Below are positions 45,698 to 55,863 of a stretch of 64,000 nucleotides of DNA, piece after piece. The notes under the pieces are model-generated. The model was not told where the DNA came from. It did not search any database and saw nothing but the letters and a program-made list of their open reading frames with translations. The position numbers and the translations under genes are program-made. The stretch is from NCBI GenBank assembly GCA_025355565.1, contig JANXZK010000010.1, positions 6,543 to 70,542 of the forward strand, read 5' to 3'. The stretch's first letter is position 1, and every line of letters starts with the position of its first letter. Source of the DNA: a bacterium. GTDB taxonomy: Bacteria; Patescibacteriota; Minisyncoccia; Phycocordibacterales; PALSA-1337.

Positions 45698-46681
45698 CTA
45701 TATTATTTTCTTCACCATTTCGATAATTTTCTTAGTATCTTCCTCTCTACCTGCATATTTTGATCCTAGCACGACGATCGCTACAGGCTGGTCGCTGATC
45801 TTCATGATCGTTAACATAGTATCACCGGCTTCGGGTGTTCTGCCAGTTTTACCGCCAATGAAATTGGGATCATGAATGAACGGGTGTATGCTCACAAAGT
45901 CGTGGTATCCGTGTTCCGTGGTCGTCGCGACAGAAGTGCTAGCGACACGGGTCAGCGTTAGAATATCTGGTCGGAATTTGTATAGATACTTTGCCAAGGC
46001 AAATAGGTCGCGAGCACTGGCTCTATTCATGGGATCGACTCCCGATGGGTCAGCAAAATATGCCGTGCTCATACCGATCTCCCAAGCATAGCTCCTCATG
46101 AGATCTAGGAAATTCAATCGATCCGTTGTAGAAGCTAGAGCTTCTGCGGCGATGTTAGATGAGTCTAGGAGCAGAGGATACAACATCTCGCCGAGGACAT
46201 ACGTTTCACCCGCACTGATGCCGCTTCCATCCGGAGGAACATCGGCCTCCTCCTTGGTGATCGTGATGCTGGTCGTCCCTGGTAGCATATCGGTCGCCGC
46301 AAAGGCGGTGACGAGTTTGGACATCGAGGCGACAGGCAATACCTGGTCAGTATTTCTTCCTATATAGATCTTGCCAGTCTCGATATTTGCGGCGATGTAA
46401 GCCGATGCGGAGATGCCGTCTGCCGGCATGATAGGTACAAGTTTCGTCGTTGTTGCCTCGGCGCCAGTTATAGACCTCGCTGTTTGATCGATGACATCAG
46501 TAGCGTTACCAAATACAGAAGGATCATGATCGTTCGCCACTGCTGGGTTGCTATTTGAGGTAACAATCATCTGACTGTCAGTGTCGTTACTGTATTCTTG
46601 GATATTATTCGCTGCTACGATACCGAGTATACATAGGCAAATTACGAGTATGATAGACAAACTGCGATGATTATTCGGCAT
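45698..46681 (-). CDS. Serine-type D-Ala-D-Ala carboxypeptidase (peptidase S11, PBP5-like)
   Basis: Signal/TM N-terminus. SxxK motif ASMSKLVTAF, SxN-like region and KTG (GGKTGRT). Confidence 0.8.
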   Translation of the reverse strand: MPNNHRSLSIILVICLCILGIVAANNIQEYSNDTDSQMIVTSNSNPAVANDHDPSVFGNATDVIDQTARSITGAEATTTKLVPIMPADGISASAYIAANIETGKIYIGRNTDQVLPVASMSKLVTAFAATDMLPGTTSITITKEEADVPPDGSGISAGETYVLGEMLYPLLLDSSNIAAEALASTTDRLNFLDLMRSYAWEIGMSTAYFADPSGVDPMNRASARDLFALAKYLYKFRPDILTLTRVASTSVATTTEHGYHDFVSIHPFIHDPNFIGGKTGRTPEAGDTMLTIMKISDQPVAIVVLGSKYAGREEDTKKIIEMVKKII

Positions 46682-46698
46682 TCATCACATTATATCAT

Positions 46699-48069
46699 AT
46701 GTGTATATTTGGAAAATGCCACGAGAGATTGCTAGCAAATTGCGATGAAGTGAGGGGACAGGTGGGGGTAATGGACATATTACTTGGAATAATTGTGAAT
46801 AGATGGCATAATACGATCATGAATTCACTACGTGATGTGGTAACGCTATCAGTGCTATTTATGTCATTATATTTCGAGATATTCATGCTCATAACCTATT
46901 TTGAGCATAGGAAGAAGATCCGGGGTATCTCAAAGTCGGAATCGTCCCACCATAGCAGTTTGCCGACAGTTACGGTGATCGTTCCGTGTTTTAATGAAGA
47001 AAATACAGTAGGCAGAACGCTCGAATCTATATTCGCACTCGATTATCCTCGAGAAAAGCTGCATATCGTCGCCGTAAATGATGGTTCCAAAGACGGTACG
47101 ATGGCAGTATTGGAGAGTTTCAAACGATTTGCCAATTTCAGGGTGATAGATAAGGAAAATGGCGGCAAACATACAGCGCTAAATCTGGCGATCAGCCAAT
47201 GCGGTACGGAGTTTGTCGGTTGTCTCGACGCAGACTCATATGCAAAGCCTGATTCCCTGTTGCGACTCATCCAGCGATTCGATAAGCCGGATATCATGGC
47301 GGTGGTGCCGTCACTCCATGTATATTCTCCAAGAACTACCATTCAGAAAATACAGAAGGTTGAGTATTTGATCGGCGCATTTATGAGATCGATATTAGCG
47401 GAGTTGAATGCTATGTATGTTACACCGGGTCCTTTTTCTATATTCCGAAGAGAAGTATTTGATAAGGTTGGATTGTATAAAAAAGCCCACAATACTGAAG
47501 ACATGGAAATGGCTATGCGAATGCAATCGAAAGGCTTGAAGATCGCCAGCGCGCATGATGCCGTCGTTTTCACATCATCTCCGTATAATATTCGTAAGTT
47601 GTATAGACAGCGAGTGCGTTGGACATCAGGTTTTTTGCACAACGTTCGTGATTATAGGTATATGTTGTTCAATATGAATTATGGCAATATCGGCATGTTC
47701 GTCTTACCATTTATGATATTGTCGTCATTTAGTATCATCTTCGTGATCGCCACGATCGGTTATGACCTAGTAAACATGTTACATGCCTGGTATACGAGAT
47801 ATCAAGCTCTAGGATTGAGCATGTTTGAATTCACATGGCCATCATTCAATTGGTTCTTTATGCGGACGACCCCTATCATGTTTTGTGGTTTAGCGGCCAT
47901 CGCGGCCGTATTGATATTCATCGTCATTGGCTCCAGGATGTCATCAGGAAATCGCGCTAAGGTTATTGAAATTGTGAGCTATGTATGCTTATATTCATTC
48001 ATTGCTCCATGGTGGGTTGCTAGATCTATGTATAACGTCGTGTTCTCGAGACAGCTCTCATGGAGATAG
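46699..48069 (+). CDS. Membrane-embedded processive family-2 glycosyltransferase (cellulose/chitin/PNAG-synthase-like)
   Basis: …VIVPCFNEE…, DGSKDGT, …CLDADS… (DxD) and QRVRW (QxxRW). Multiple TM helices on both sides of the GT domain. The true start is probably an internal M (the leading 40 codons are odd). Confidence 0.85.
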   Translation: MCIFGKCHERLLANCDEVRGQVGVMDILLGIIVNRWHNTIMNSLRDVVTLSVLFMSLYFEIFMLITYFEHRKKIRGISKSESSHHSSLPTVTVIVPCFNEENTVGRTLESIFALDYPREKLHIVAVNDGSKDGTMAVLESFKRFANFRVIDKENGGKHTALNLAISQCGTEFVGCLDADSYAKPDSLLRLIQRFDKPDIMAVVPSLHVYSPRTTIQKIQKVEYLIGAFMRSILAELNAMYVTPGPFSIFRREVFDKVGLYKKAHNTEDMEMAMRMQSKGLKIASAHDAVVFTSSPYNIRKLYRQRVRWTSGFLHNVRDYRYMLFNMNYGNIGMFVLPFMILSSFSIIFVIATIGYDLVNMLHAWYTRYQALGLSMFEFTWPSFNWFFMRTTPIMFCGLAAIAAVLIFIVIGSRMSSGNRAKVIEIVSYVCLYSFIAPWWVARSMYNVVFSRQLSWR

Positions 48070-48743
48070 CCCACATGAATATCAATTGGAGAAAATACGC
48101 GGTTTCATTCATATTTACAGCTGCTATAGTGATAACAGCGCTTTTGATCAGTTCGTGGATAGACAGCCGCAGAGTTGATGAATTGCGCAACATTCAAGAT
48201 TCTATCTCGATAAATCTGTTATCAGCAGATATGCAGTTCAATCTACTGAAGGATGCCGCTTGCGGTGATCTATTCAATTCGGCTATCGGCGAAGAATTGG
48301 GTAATCTCTCTGATAAGCTCTCGTATATGGAGTCTATCGGTAAAGGTGGCGACCCGAGTGTAGTCACGTTAAAGAAATACTATTCGTTGCTAGAGATTCG
48401 AGATTACTTGCTCAGTAATTCTGCCGCATCAAAATGCCCAAAGAGACCGATCACTATCCTATATTTTTATCGATCTGACTGCCCTGATTGTGATCGTCAA
48501 GGTCAAGTGCTTACATATCTCCGTCAACATCACGCCGATATTCTTCGTGTATATTCATTTGATCATGGCCTCGATGTGTCCGCGGTGCGAACACTAGCTA
48601 ATATTTATAAAGTCGCCAGTCCCTTTCCGGCTGTTGTGATCAAGGGCAAGACTTTGAATGGATTTCATTCGATCGAAGATATTCAAAAGCTGTTGCCGGA
48701 ATTGATGGCGACGACGACTGCGGCTACTAGTACGAAAAAGTAG
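48060..48743 (+). CDS. Membrane-anchored thioredoxin-fold protein with a CPDC active site
   Basis: N-terminal TM YAVSFIFTAAIVITALLISSW and …ILYFYRSDCPDCDRQGQVL…. Its start overlaps the GT2 stop (operon). Confidence 0.6.
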   Translation: MEIAHMNINWRKYAVSFIFTAAIVITALLISSWIDSRRVDELRNIQDSISINLLSADMQFNLLKDAACGDLFNSAIGEELGNLSDKLSYMESIGKGGDPSVVTLKKYYSLLEIRDYLLSNSAASKCPKRPITILYFYRSDCPDCDRQGQVLTYLRQHHADILRVYSFDHGLDVSAVRTLANIYKVASPFPAVVIKGKTLNGFHSIEDIQKLLPELMATTTAATSTKK

Positions 48744-48786
48744 TCATCTGTTTGGACAAAGGAGTATATGAATGATTCATATTCAG

Positions 48787-48859
48787 AGCCACCTCCCAGA
48801 CTTGAACTGGGGACCTTCGCTTTACAAAAGCGTTGCTCTACCAACTGAGCTAAGGTGGC
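48787..48859 (-). tRNA. tRNA-Thr(UGU)
   Basis: GCCACCTTAGCTCAGTTGGTAGAGCAACGCTTTTGTAAAGCGAAGGTCCCCAGTTCAAGTCTGGGAGGTGGCT. Anticodon loop TTTGTAA. Confidence 0.85.
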
Positions 48860-48861
48860 GT

Positions 48862-49236
48862 CTATCTCTCCCCGATCCTTCTCAAATAGAACGATGCTCC
48901 ATGATCCTTCACTTCTCCTCTGCCCCGTACCGCGTCGATCAACTTTCTACCATGAGGCGTAGAGATGAATCTATGCTTGATCTCAACGTACACATTTCGT
49001 GTCTTTTTAAGCATATGAAACGCGATCCAGTGAGCGATGGCGATGAACGTATGTTTGTTGATGTATGAGACAAATCGGCGGATCGCACTGAAGACTGTCT
49101 GAAATATGTGATCTGTGCCTCGTCCCAAGCGGCTGACTAAGGTCGGTCTACCAGTTTTGACCTCATGACGCTTGAGTAGGAGCATAGTGATCGAGCCTAT
49201 AAGGGAGATGTAGAAGATTGTTATAAGTGAGTACAT
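48862..49236 (-). CDS. Hypothetical protein (124 aa, N-terminal TM, basic)
   Basis: ORF only, downstream of tsf. No homology recognised. Confidence 0.35.
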   Translation of the reverse strand: MYSLITIFYISLIGSITMLLLKRHEVKTGRPTLVSRLGRGTDHIFQTVFSAIRRFVSYINKHTFIAIAHWIAFHMLKKTRNVYVEIKHRFISTPHGRKLIDAVRGRGEVKDHGASFYLRRIGER

Positions 49237-49266
49237 GGTAATATACTTTATAGCGTATACTTCATA

Positions 49267-49881
49267 CTATTCTAGTATCTTGAACCGCTTGAACCTGCCA
49301 ACCGCCATCTTCTCGCCGAATTTCTGGACGGCCTGGTCGATGAGTTGCTGTACTGTGATCTCGCCGTTCTTGATGTATGGCTGATCCATGAGGACCATCT
49401 CAGCGAAGTACGCATTCAGTTTACCATCTAATATGGTCTTGCGCACTGCCTCCGGTTTACCCTTCACCTCGGCCTCAAATACCTCCTTGGCTGCCTTTTT
49501 GTCCTCATCTGTGACATCTTCCTTACGCAAGAATTTTGGGTTAGTAGCAGTCACGTGCATGGCTATATTTCTAGCCATAGCGATGAATTCTTCATTGCCG
49601 GAAACAAAGTCGCTCTCACAGTTGAGTTCGATGATCGTGCCAACGTTCCCGTTCGCATGGATATACGCCTGGATTGTGCCAGCTTTGAACACGCGGTCGC
49701 CTTTCTTGGCGCTGATCTCACCTGATTTCTTCTGAAGGATGACGACAGCTTTCTTCATGTCACCTCCTGCTTCCTCGAGAGCTTTCTTGCATTGCATGAT
49801 CGAGATGCCTGTCTGATCGCGGAGCTCCTTGATGAGTTCCGTTGTGATAGCTATTGCTTTTGTTTCTGTTTTTGAAGACAT
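49267..49881 (-). CDS. tsf: Elongation factor Ts (short form)
   Basis: N-terminal UBA-like region ITTELIKELRDQTGISIMQCKKALEEAGGDMKKAV. Lies downstream of rpsB. Confidence 0.9.
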   Translation of the reverse strand: MSSKTETKAIAITTELIKELRDQTGISIMQCKKALEEAGGDMKKAVVILQKKSGEISAKKGDRVFKAGTIQAYIHANGNVGTIIELNCESDFVSGNEEFIAMARNIAMHVTATNPKFLRKEDVTDEDKKAAKEVFEAEVKGKPEAVRKTILDGKLNAYFAEMVLMDQPYIKNGEITVQQLIDQAVQKFGEKMAVGRFKRFKILE

Positions 49882-49901
49882 TTTAATTTTCTGACAAGAC
49901 T

Positions 49902-50603
49902 TTAGACCTTGACTTGTTTGCCGGCTTGATAGGCTGCAGAAATCTCTGATAGGAAGTATTGGATGCTGGTCTTTGAGCTGTCATTGCCGACTATCGGGTA
50001 TTTGATGCCGTCAATATTGCAATCAGAGCTAGACAATGCGATAACAGGAATATTGAAGTCCGTCGCTTCCTTCAGGGCGATCTTTTCTTTCTTTGGGTCG
50101 ATCACAAATACCGCGTCTGGTGCCTTTTTCAGTGAGATGATGCCAAAGAACATCTTTTCGAGTGACGCGATCTCTTTGTCTATGAGCATCCTCTCTCGCT
50201 TGGTATATTTGGCCAGCTCGCCCTTTTCCTTGTCTGTCGTCAATTTTTCATATCTCTCTATGCGTTTCCTGATCTGTCCGAAATTAGAGATGCTTCCTCC
50301 GATCCATCTTCCGTCTACGTAAGGCATATTGAGTGATTGAGCGGTATTCTTTGTGCTCTGTGAGGCCTCCTTCTTGCCACCGACGAATAATATAACCTTA
50401 CCTTCTTTGGCGAGCGTTGTGACAAATGCCCTTGCCTTAGCGAGCAATGTCTCCGTTTTTTCCAAGTCAAATATATCCGTATCGTTCTTTGTGCCGAAAA
50501 TAAACGGCGCAACTGTCGGATGTCTACGCGAACGTCCTAAACCGAAGTGTGCCCCAGCCGAAAACATAGAATCGATGCTTTTTTTGGTATCCATATGTGC
50601 CAT
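49902..50603 (-). CDS. rpsB: 30S ribosomal protein S2
   Basis: …AGAHFGLGRSRRHPTVAPFIFG…VILFVGGKKEASQ…PYVDGRWIGG…. Confidence 0.95.
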   Translation of the reverse strand: MAHMDTKKSIDSMFSAGAHFGLGRSRRHPTVAPFIFGTKNDTDIFDLEKTETLLAKARAFVTTLAKEGKVILFVGGKKEASQSTKNTAQSLNMPYVDGRWIGGSISNFGQIRKRIERYEKLTTDKEKGELAKYTKRERMLIDKEIASLEKMFFGIISLKKAPDAVFVIDPKKEKIALKEATDFNIPVIALSSSDCNIDGIKYPIVGNDSSKTSIQYFLSEISAAYQAGKQVKV

Positions 50604-50711
50604 TTAGACTATCAAAATGCGACCTGGAAGTCAAATCCTGTTGACGATCCTGCGTGTTGATAACTTCACGTGGATAACTAATAACCACTCTCACCTGATC
50701 CCCCGAATCAA

Positions 50712-51809
50712 CTACTTCCTATATTTCGAAACATTTGCCACCATTCCGGCGGTCATGAGAGTTATGATGAGTGCCGTGCCGCCGTGTGAGACGAATAGCA
50801 AGGGCACTCCTGAGAGCGGTATTAGCCCTAGCATTGCCGCCATATTCATGAATGATTCGACTATGACGAGAACAGCCACTCCGATCGCTAAAAGACCGCC
50901 AAATATATCCTCCGCTCTATTCCCTATACGGAAGGCGCTGGCCGCAAACAGCAGATAGAATGCGAGAAGTATGCAGCTACCGATGAACCCAAATTCCTCG
51001 GCGGCAACGGCAAATATGGAATCATCCGTAGGTTGCGGTAAATAGCCAAATTTCTGCACGCTTTGTCCAAATCCTCGACCTGTCCACTGTCCTGAACCTA
51101 TGGCGATAAGTGACTGATTGATCTGGTAACCGGAACCTTGAGCATCAGCACCAACATTCAGGTAGGTTTTGACACGCTGTAAAGCATACGGCCTCGATAT
51201 AACCACACCGGCAACCAGCACAGCGAGTAAAACTACCCCGATCAACATGTGCCTCAACTTTACTCCGCCGACTAGCAACATGATGAGTCCGGTAAAAGCG
51301 ATGATAACCAGAGTATCAGTATCGGATTGGACGAGAAGGACGGTGCTCAGAATTCCTGTGATGATGATATAAGGTATAAGACCAAATTTGACAGTTTTTA
51401 GTTTATCACCGACGAATTGCGCCCATGCCGCGATGTAGATGATGAAGGCGATCTTTAGCAGTTCTGATGGTTGGAATGATAAGAATCCAAACTGGAGCCA
51501 TCTCGATGCTCCATTATAGTGGAACGTCAAGCTTGGAATGAAAAGCAAAAGGTTTACGGCGAGAGCACCTAGAAATATGAACAACGCGGACTTGCGAAGC
51601 CAGGTGTATTTGACGCGTGAGAATATGAAGAAAAAAACAATACCTATGAGTAGGCTGACAGCTTGCTTAGCCGCTACTGTGCCAAAACTCGCTCCACTCT
51701 GGACGAGGAGACCGAGTGAGGCTGACAGGAATATCACGAATCCAGCTACAGTGAGCGTGATGACTGAAATGAGAAAGAAACGATCTATTTTACTACGGCT
51801 GTGGGACAT
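50712..51809 (-). CDS. SEDS-family peptidoglycan glycosyltransferase (FtsW/RodA)
   Basis: About 10 TM helices. Conserved …GSGYQINQSLIAIGSGQWTGRGFGQS… motif region. Confidence 0.85.
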   Translation of the reverse strand: MSHSRSKIDRFFLISVITLTVAGFVIFLSASLGLLVQSGASFGTVAAKQAVSLLIGIVFFFIFSRVKYTWLRKSALFIFLGALAVNLLLFIPSLTFHYNGASRWLQFGFLSFQPSELLKIAFIIYIAAWAQFVGDKLKTVKFGLIPYIIITGILSTVLLVQSDTDTLVIIAFTGLIMLLVGGVKLRHMLIGVVLLAVLVAGVVISRPYALQRVKTYLNVGADAQGSGYQINQSLIAIGSGQWTGRGFGQSVQKFGYLPQPTDDSIFAVAAEEFGFIGSCILLAFYLLFAASAFRIGNRAEDIFGGLLAIGVAVLVIVESFMNMAAMLGLIPLSGVPLLFVSHGGTALIITLMTAGMVANVSKYRK

Positions 51810-52446
51810 TTTTGTTGGCTACTGATACTTCATCACTCGCTGATTTGGATCCTTCCTGGTGACCCTTAAATGTCTCTATCTCATTCCTGACTGACGCATA
51901 TTCTGGTAGATCCTCTATCTTTGATAGACCGAGATGAGATAGTAGATCTATCGTAGACTTGTACAAAAAACTTCTGGCATCTTTTGGATTGTCGACCCTT
52001 TCGATGAGACCGCGAATCAATAGATTTCGTACGATGAATTGAGAATTTACGCCTCGAATATAGTCGATCTCGGCACGTGAGAGCGGGCCTTGATAGAGGA
52101 TGATCGACAATGTCTCCAATCCTGCTTTGCCAAGATCGCGAGCCAGCTCGTCCTTCGTCAGTTTTTCGATTAGTGGTGAAAGTTCCTTGGCAGTTCCGAG
52201 CATTACTTCGTCGTCTGTTTGGACTAGAGTAAGGCCGCTGTCACGTAACGTGATCTCCAATTCAGATAACCCACTTCTCACAGTCGATATGTTGAGTGCT
52301 AACAATTCAGCAAGCTTCTTATATGTTACTGGCTCCGCCTTCCAAAATAATATCGCCTCCAGGCGTGATGACAATTTCACAGAAGAATTTTCAAGTGGTT
52401 TATCTGCGGGATTCATGAGTGTAAGTATAGTGGAAAATCGGGTCAA
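51793..52446 (-). CDS. scpB: Segregation and condensation protein B
   Basis: …LEAILFWKAEPVTYKKLAELL…: tandem winged-helix pattern. Adjacent to scpA. Confidence 0.8.
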   Translation of the reverse strand: MTRFSTILTLMNPADKPLENSSVKLSSRLEAILFWKAEPVTYKKLAELLALNISTVRSGLSELEITLRDSGLTLVQTDDEVMLGTAKELSPLIEKLTKDELARDLGKAGLETLSIILYQGPLSRAEIDYIRGVNSQFIVRNLLIRGLIERVDNPKDARSFLYKSTIDLLSHLGLSKIEDLPEYASVRNEIETFKGHQEGSKSASDEVSVANKNVPQP

Positions 52447-52457
52447 TTGGAATTCGA

Positions 52458-53180
52458 CTAATATCGTGGCACGGCTACATCTTTCGTCTCCATCTGTATG
52501 TCACCAAAGATAGACTCTTGAGATACATGCATTATTCCCTCTTTTACCAACTCTAGCATAGCCAGAAAACTGACGATGACATTGACACGAGTCGCTCTAT
52601 GCTCTTTTGTGAACTCCTTGAAGCTCATACGCAGGCTACTCGTTATACGTGTGGTCAATGTTCCTATCATCTCATCGATGCTCACGACCTTCTCTACGAC
52701 ATGTTTCGGCAATTTTTCCGTTTTTGGAAGTCGCTCGATCAGATCTCTCAATGTATCGAGCGCTTTTATCAAAGTAAATTCCGGGGCGGGAGTAAATACC
52801 TGGCGGATCGGCGCAGATCGAGATCGTGCAAAGATCACATCAGTACCGAATAATTCGGCGACATGCATGCTCACCTCCTTTATCCGCTTGAATATCGTTA
52901 ACCTTGTCTCCAGATCCTTGATGTCTCCTTGTTCATCCTCTGATAGAGTCAAACTAGGAAGCAATGATTTTGACTTGATCAGGAGCAATGTTGATGCTAT
53001 CAGGATGAAATGTGCCGACTCGCCCATAGGCATCGCCTCGAATTGACGGATATGGCCGATGAAATCATCAGTCACTTTGGCCAATGATATATCGCTGATA
53101 AACAATTTATGCTTCTCGATGAGATCCAGAAGTAGATCCAGCGGACCTTCGAACGCTTGTGTTTTTATAGTAAATGACAC
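52458..53180 (-). CDS. scpA: Segregation and condensation protein A
   Basis: FEGPLDLLLDLIEKHKLFISDISLAKVTDDF… is the kleisin N-terminus. Confidence 0.8.
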   Translation of the reverse strand: MSFTIKTQAFEGPLDLLLDLIEKHKLFISDISLAKVTDDFIGHIRQFEAMPMGESAHFILIASTLLLIKSKSLLPSLTLSEDEQGDIKDLETRLTIFKRIKEVSMHVAELFGTDVIFARSRSAPIRQVFTPAPEFTLIKALDTLRDLIERLPKTEKLPKHVVEKVVSIDEMIGTLTTRITSSLRMSFKEFTKEHRATRVNVIVSFLAMLELVKEGIMHVSQESIFGDIQMETKDVAVPRY

Positions 53181-53223
53181 GAAATAGAATTCAAATTATT
53201 CTGATTGACCAAATTTCAAAAGT

Positions 53224-54189
53224 TTACAATACCCCGATGGCTTCTTTGACCGCTATCAATTTCTTTGAGGCTACCTTTTCAGCCCTCTCCGCGCCATCTT
53301 TCAATATTTCTATGACCTTATCAGTATCCTTGGTCAATTCAGCTCGTCTTTCTCGCAGAGGTCTCACAAAAACATCGATATCCTCGATCAACATCTCCTT
53401 CGAGATCTTGTACTTGCCTATATTGGCTTCATATATCGGTTTCAGATCCTTTTCATCTTTGAACAATTTGTGCATAGCGTAAACATTCGCTGGAATACCA
53501 TTAGTTGGTGTACCACCCGAATCAGTGACTATGCCCATGACTGCTTTCACGATCTCTTCACGAGTCGCAAAAAGTGGAATGGTATTGTTATAGCTTTTTG
53601 ACATCTTCCGACCGTCTGTGCCTGGAACTGTCGCAACATTCGGCAGGATGATCGGCTCAGGAATTTTGAAAATCTCTTTTTTGAATATATTGTTGAATTT
53701 GAGTGCGATATCACGCGCATATTCTACATGTTGTTTTTGATCCTGACCAACCGGCACGACATCCGTATCGTAGAGCAGGATATCCGCCGCCATGAGGACA
53801 GGATAATTGAATGTACCAACATTGATCTCTCTGTTCTTTGCCTCGGCATCCTTGTATGCATGAGCGCGCATGAGATACGGCATCGTGACGATCGTATCAA
53901 ATATCCATGATAGCTCAGTGTGAGCTGACACATCTGACTGTTTGAAGATCACCGCTTTCTCCGGATCTAGTCCGAGTGCTAGATAGTCGATAGCTAGGTT
54001 CAGAATGTTCTGCTTCATCTCTGCTTCGTTCTGTATGAGATTCAACGCATGATAATCTGCGATAAAAAAGTAACACTGATAATCATCAGATCTAAATAGA
54101 TCGACAAACTGTTTCATGGCACCGAAATAGTTTCCAATATGTGGACGACCTGTTGGTTTGACTCCTGAGAGTAGTATTTTCTTGGACAT
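53224..54189 (-). CDS. trpS: Tryptophanyl-tRNA synthetase
   Basis: GVKPTGRPHIGNYFG (HIGH) and KMSKS. Confidence 0.9.
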   Translation of the reverse strand: MSKKILLSGVKPTGRPHIGNYFGAMKQFVDLFRSDDYQCYFFIADYHALNLIQNEAEMKQNILNLAIDYLALGLDPEKAVIFKQSDVSAHTELSWIFDTIVTMPYLMRAHAYKDAEAKNREINVGTFNYPVLMAADILLYDTDVVPVGQDQKQHVEYARDIALKFNNIFKKEIFKIPEPIILPNVATVPGTDGRKMSKSYNNTIPLFATREEIVKAVMGIVTDSGGTPTNGIPANVYAMHKLFKDEKDLKPIYEANIGKYKISKEMLIEDIDVFVRPLRERRAELTKDTDKVIEILKDGAERAEKVASKKLIAVKEAIGVL

Positions 54190-54261
54190 ACCTTAATGAT
54201 ACCAAATAATCTATAGTACTTTCAAGCGATATCTCTCGGTATTTTCTCAAAGGATGAGTGA

Positions 54262-55203
54262 TCAAAGGCCTTCAGATTTGAGGCCATCTATCAATCTTTG
54301 CGCCTCTTTCGATAGTTTTTTTGGCATAGTTACATGAGTGACGATCAACAAATCTCCGCGTCTACCTCCTGTTCCGAAGATTCCACCGGTTTGTTCATAT
54401 GGAACGCCTTTTCCTTTGACTCGCAATATCTCACCATGAGATGTCCCGGCTTGGACCTTGAGATCTATCTGGCCATCTAATGTGTCTAGTGTAATAACAC
54501 CGCCTAAAAGAGCCATGGTCAGTTTTATCGATAATTCCATGACCAGATTGATCCCCTCTTTACGGAATACCGGGTGATCCTTCACCCAAGCTCGGACAAT
54601 GAGATCACCTCTCCCACCAGCGCCTTCCTCTCCTTTGCCACTGACTCTCAATCCTTGGCCATTCTCTATGCCAGCCGGTATCTTTACCGCTAGCTTTTCT
54701 TTGTTTATCGAAATCTCCTTTTCCACACCAAAGATCGCTTCTTTGAATGATAGCTCGATATCGACCGTGATGTTCTTGCCTTTTCGTTGGCGACGTCCTC
54801 TACCACCTCCACCAAAAAATTCGCCGAATATGTCGCCTAAATCAAATTCAACGCCACCTTGTGAAAAATTAAATCCACCACCATTTTGAAAACCCGAAAA
54901 ATCAAACCCGCCAAATCCTTGACTACCATTAAATCCCTGCCCACCGTGAAAGCCTCCAAACCCGCTTCCACCAGGCGCGCCAGCACCAACTCCATTTGCA
55001 CCGAACATGTCATACTGTTTGCGTTTACCTTCGTCAGATAGCACCGAATATGCCTCGCTCGCCTCTTTAAATTTCTGCGAAGATACAGGATCATTCTTGT
55101 TCTTATCAGGATGATGTTCGTGCGCGAGTTTTCTGAACGCTCTTTTTATGTCGTCTTGTGACGCGTTCTTCTCTACACCTAATGTTTTATAGTAGTCTTT
55201 CAT
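54262..55203 (-). CDS. dnaJ: DnaJ-family co-chaperone lacking the CxxCxGxG zinc-finger domain (type II/CbpA-like)
   Basis: J domain (DYYKTLGV…HPDKN), Gly/Phe-rich region and C-terminal CTD I/II. No Cys at all. Confidence 0.8.
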   Translation of the reverse strand: MKDYYKTLGVEKNASQDDIKRAFRKLAHEHHPDKNKNDPVSSQKFKEASEAYSVLSDEGKRKQYDMFGANGVGAGAPGGSGFGGFHGGQGFNGSQGFGGFDFSGFQNGGGFNFSQGGVEFDLGDIFGEFFGGGGRGRRQRKGKNITVDIELSFKEAIFGVEKEISINKEKLAVKIPAGIENGQGLRVSGKGEEGAGGRGDLIVRAWVKDHPVFRKEGINLVMELSIKLTMALLGGVITLDTLDGQIDLKVQAGTSHGEILRVKGKGVPYEQTGGIFGTGGRRGDLLIVTHVTMPKKLSKEAQRLIDGLKSEGL

Positions 55204-55395
55204 TGAATTTGTCTAGGTCAGACCTCGACGATCTGTATAGACGAGGCCTATACATCGCAAGTTGACAGCAATTATAATACCATGGTAATCTGATTTTGGG
55301 TAGTAATGAGGAGTTGGAACTTCTCCATATGAGAGCCGTATAAGCTCCATATGTCTGAACCTTGAGTAATAAACAACAAGATAGAACGAAATCAT

Positions 55396-55695
55396 ATGAC
55401 CATTGAACAAGAATTACGAATTGAAACGTGTCACCTCTATAACGGATTAATGGCGGCGGTGAGTGAAGGCGTCGAAGCTTGGCTTCGGCAAAGGAAGACC
55501 TCTGTGCCACGCATCACCATCGTAATCACGGACATTTTACGGGTCGCAAACAATGCCATCAGGACATATGACGCGGTAATCATGCTCAGTTCTCAACCTG
55601 AAACAATTACTCGAGGAGTGAGGGTCGCCTCCCCGTACTCTCGTCACGAAATCTCGAGCATCGTTCTCGAAGCACTCTTGGCAAAGTACCCTTAA
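55396..55695 (+). CDS. Hypothetical protein (99 aa)
   Basis: ORF followed by a strong plus-strand terminator. Weak RBS. Confidence 0.35.
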   Translation: MTIEQELRIETCHLYNGLMAAVSEGVEAWLRQRKTSVPRITIVITDILRVANNAIRTYDAVIMLSSQPETITRGVRVASPYSRHEISSIVLEALLAKYP

Positions 55696-55733
55696 CTTTT
55701 TGACTTTGTACAAATCAACTAATTTGTCCCGCC

Positions 55734-55770
55734 GCCGACCACCCACCTATGGGAGGTCGGCTTTTTTTGT
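55734..55770 (+). terminator. Rho-independent terminator
   Basis: GCCGACCacccacctatgggaGGTCGGCttttttt. Confidence 0.6.
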
Positions 55771-55863
55771 TTTCAGGGCACTTCCCTTAGGTGAAGTGAA
55801 GGAAAATTGATGATCTAATGACGAACCCCATTACATATCCGCCCTGAAATCCGTACTGTTCCT

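Noticed and set aside
48772-49068. 98-aa plus-strand ORF
   Set aside because: It runs straight through the minus-strand tRNA-Thr gene and the 124-aa ORF. No start context.
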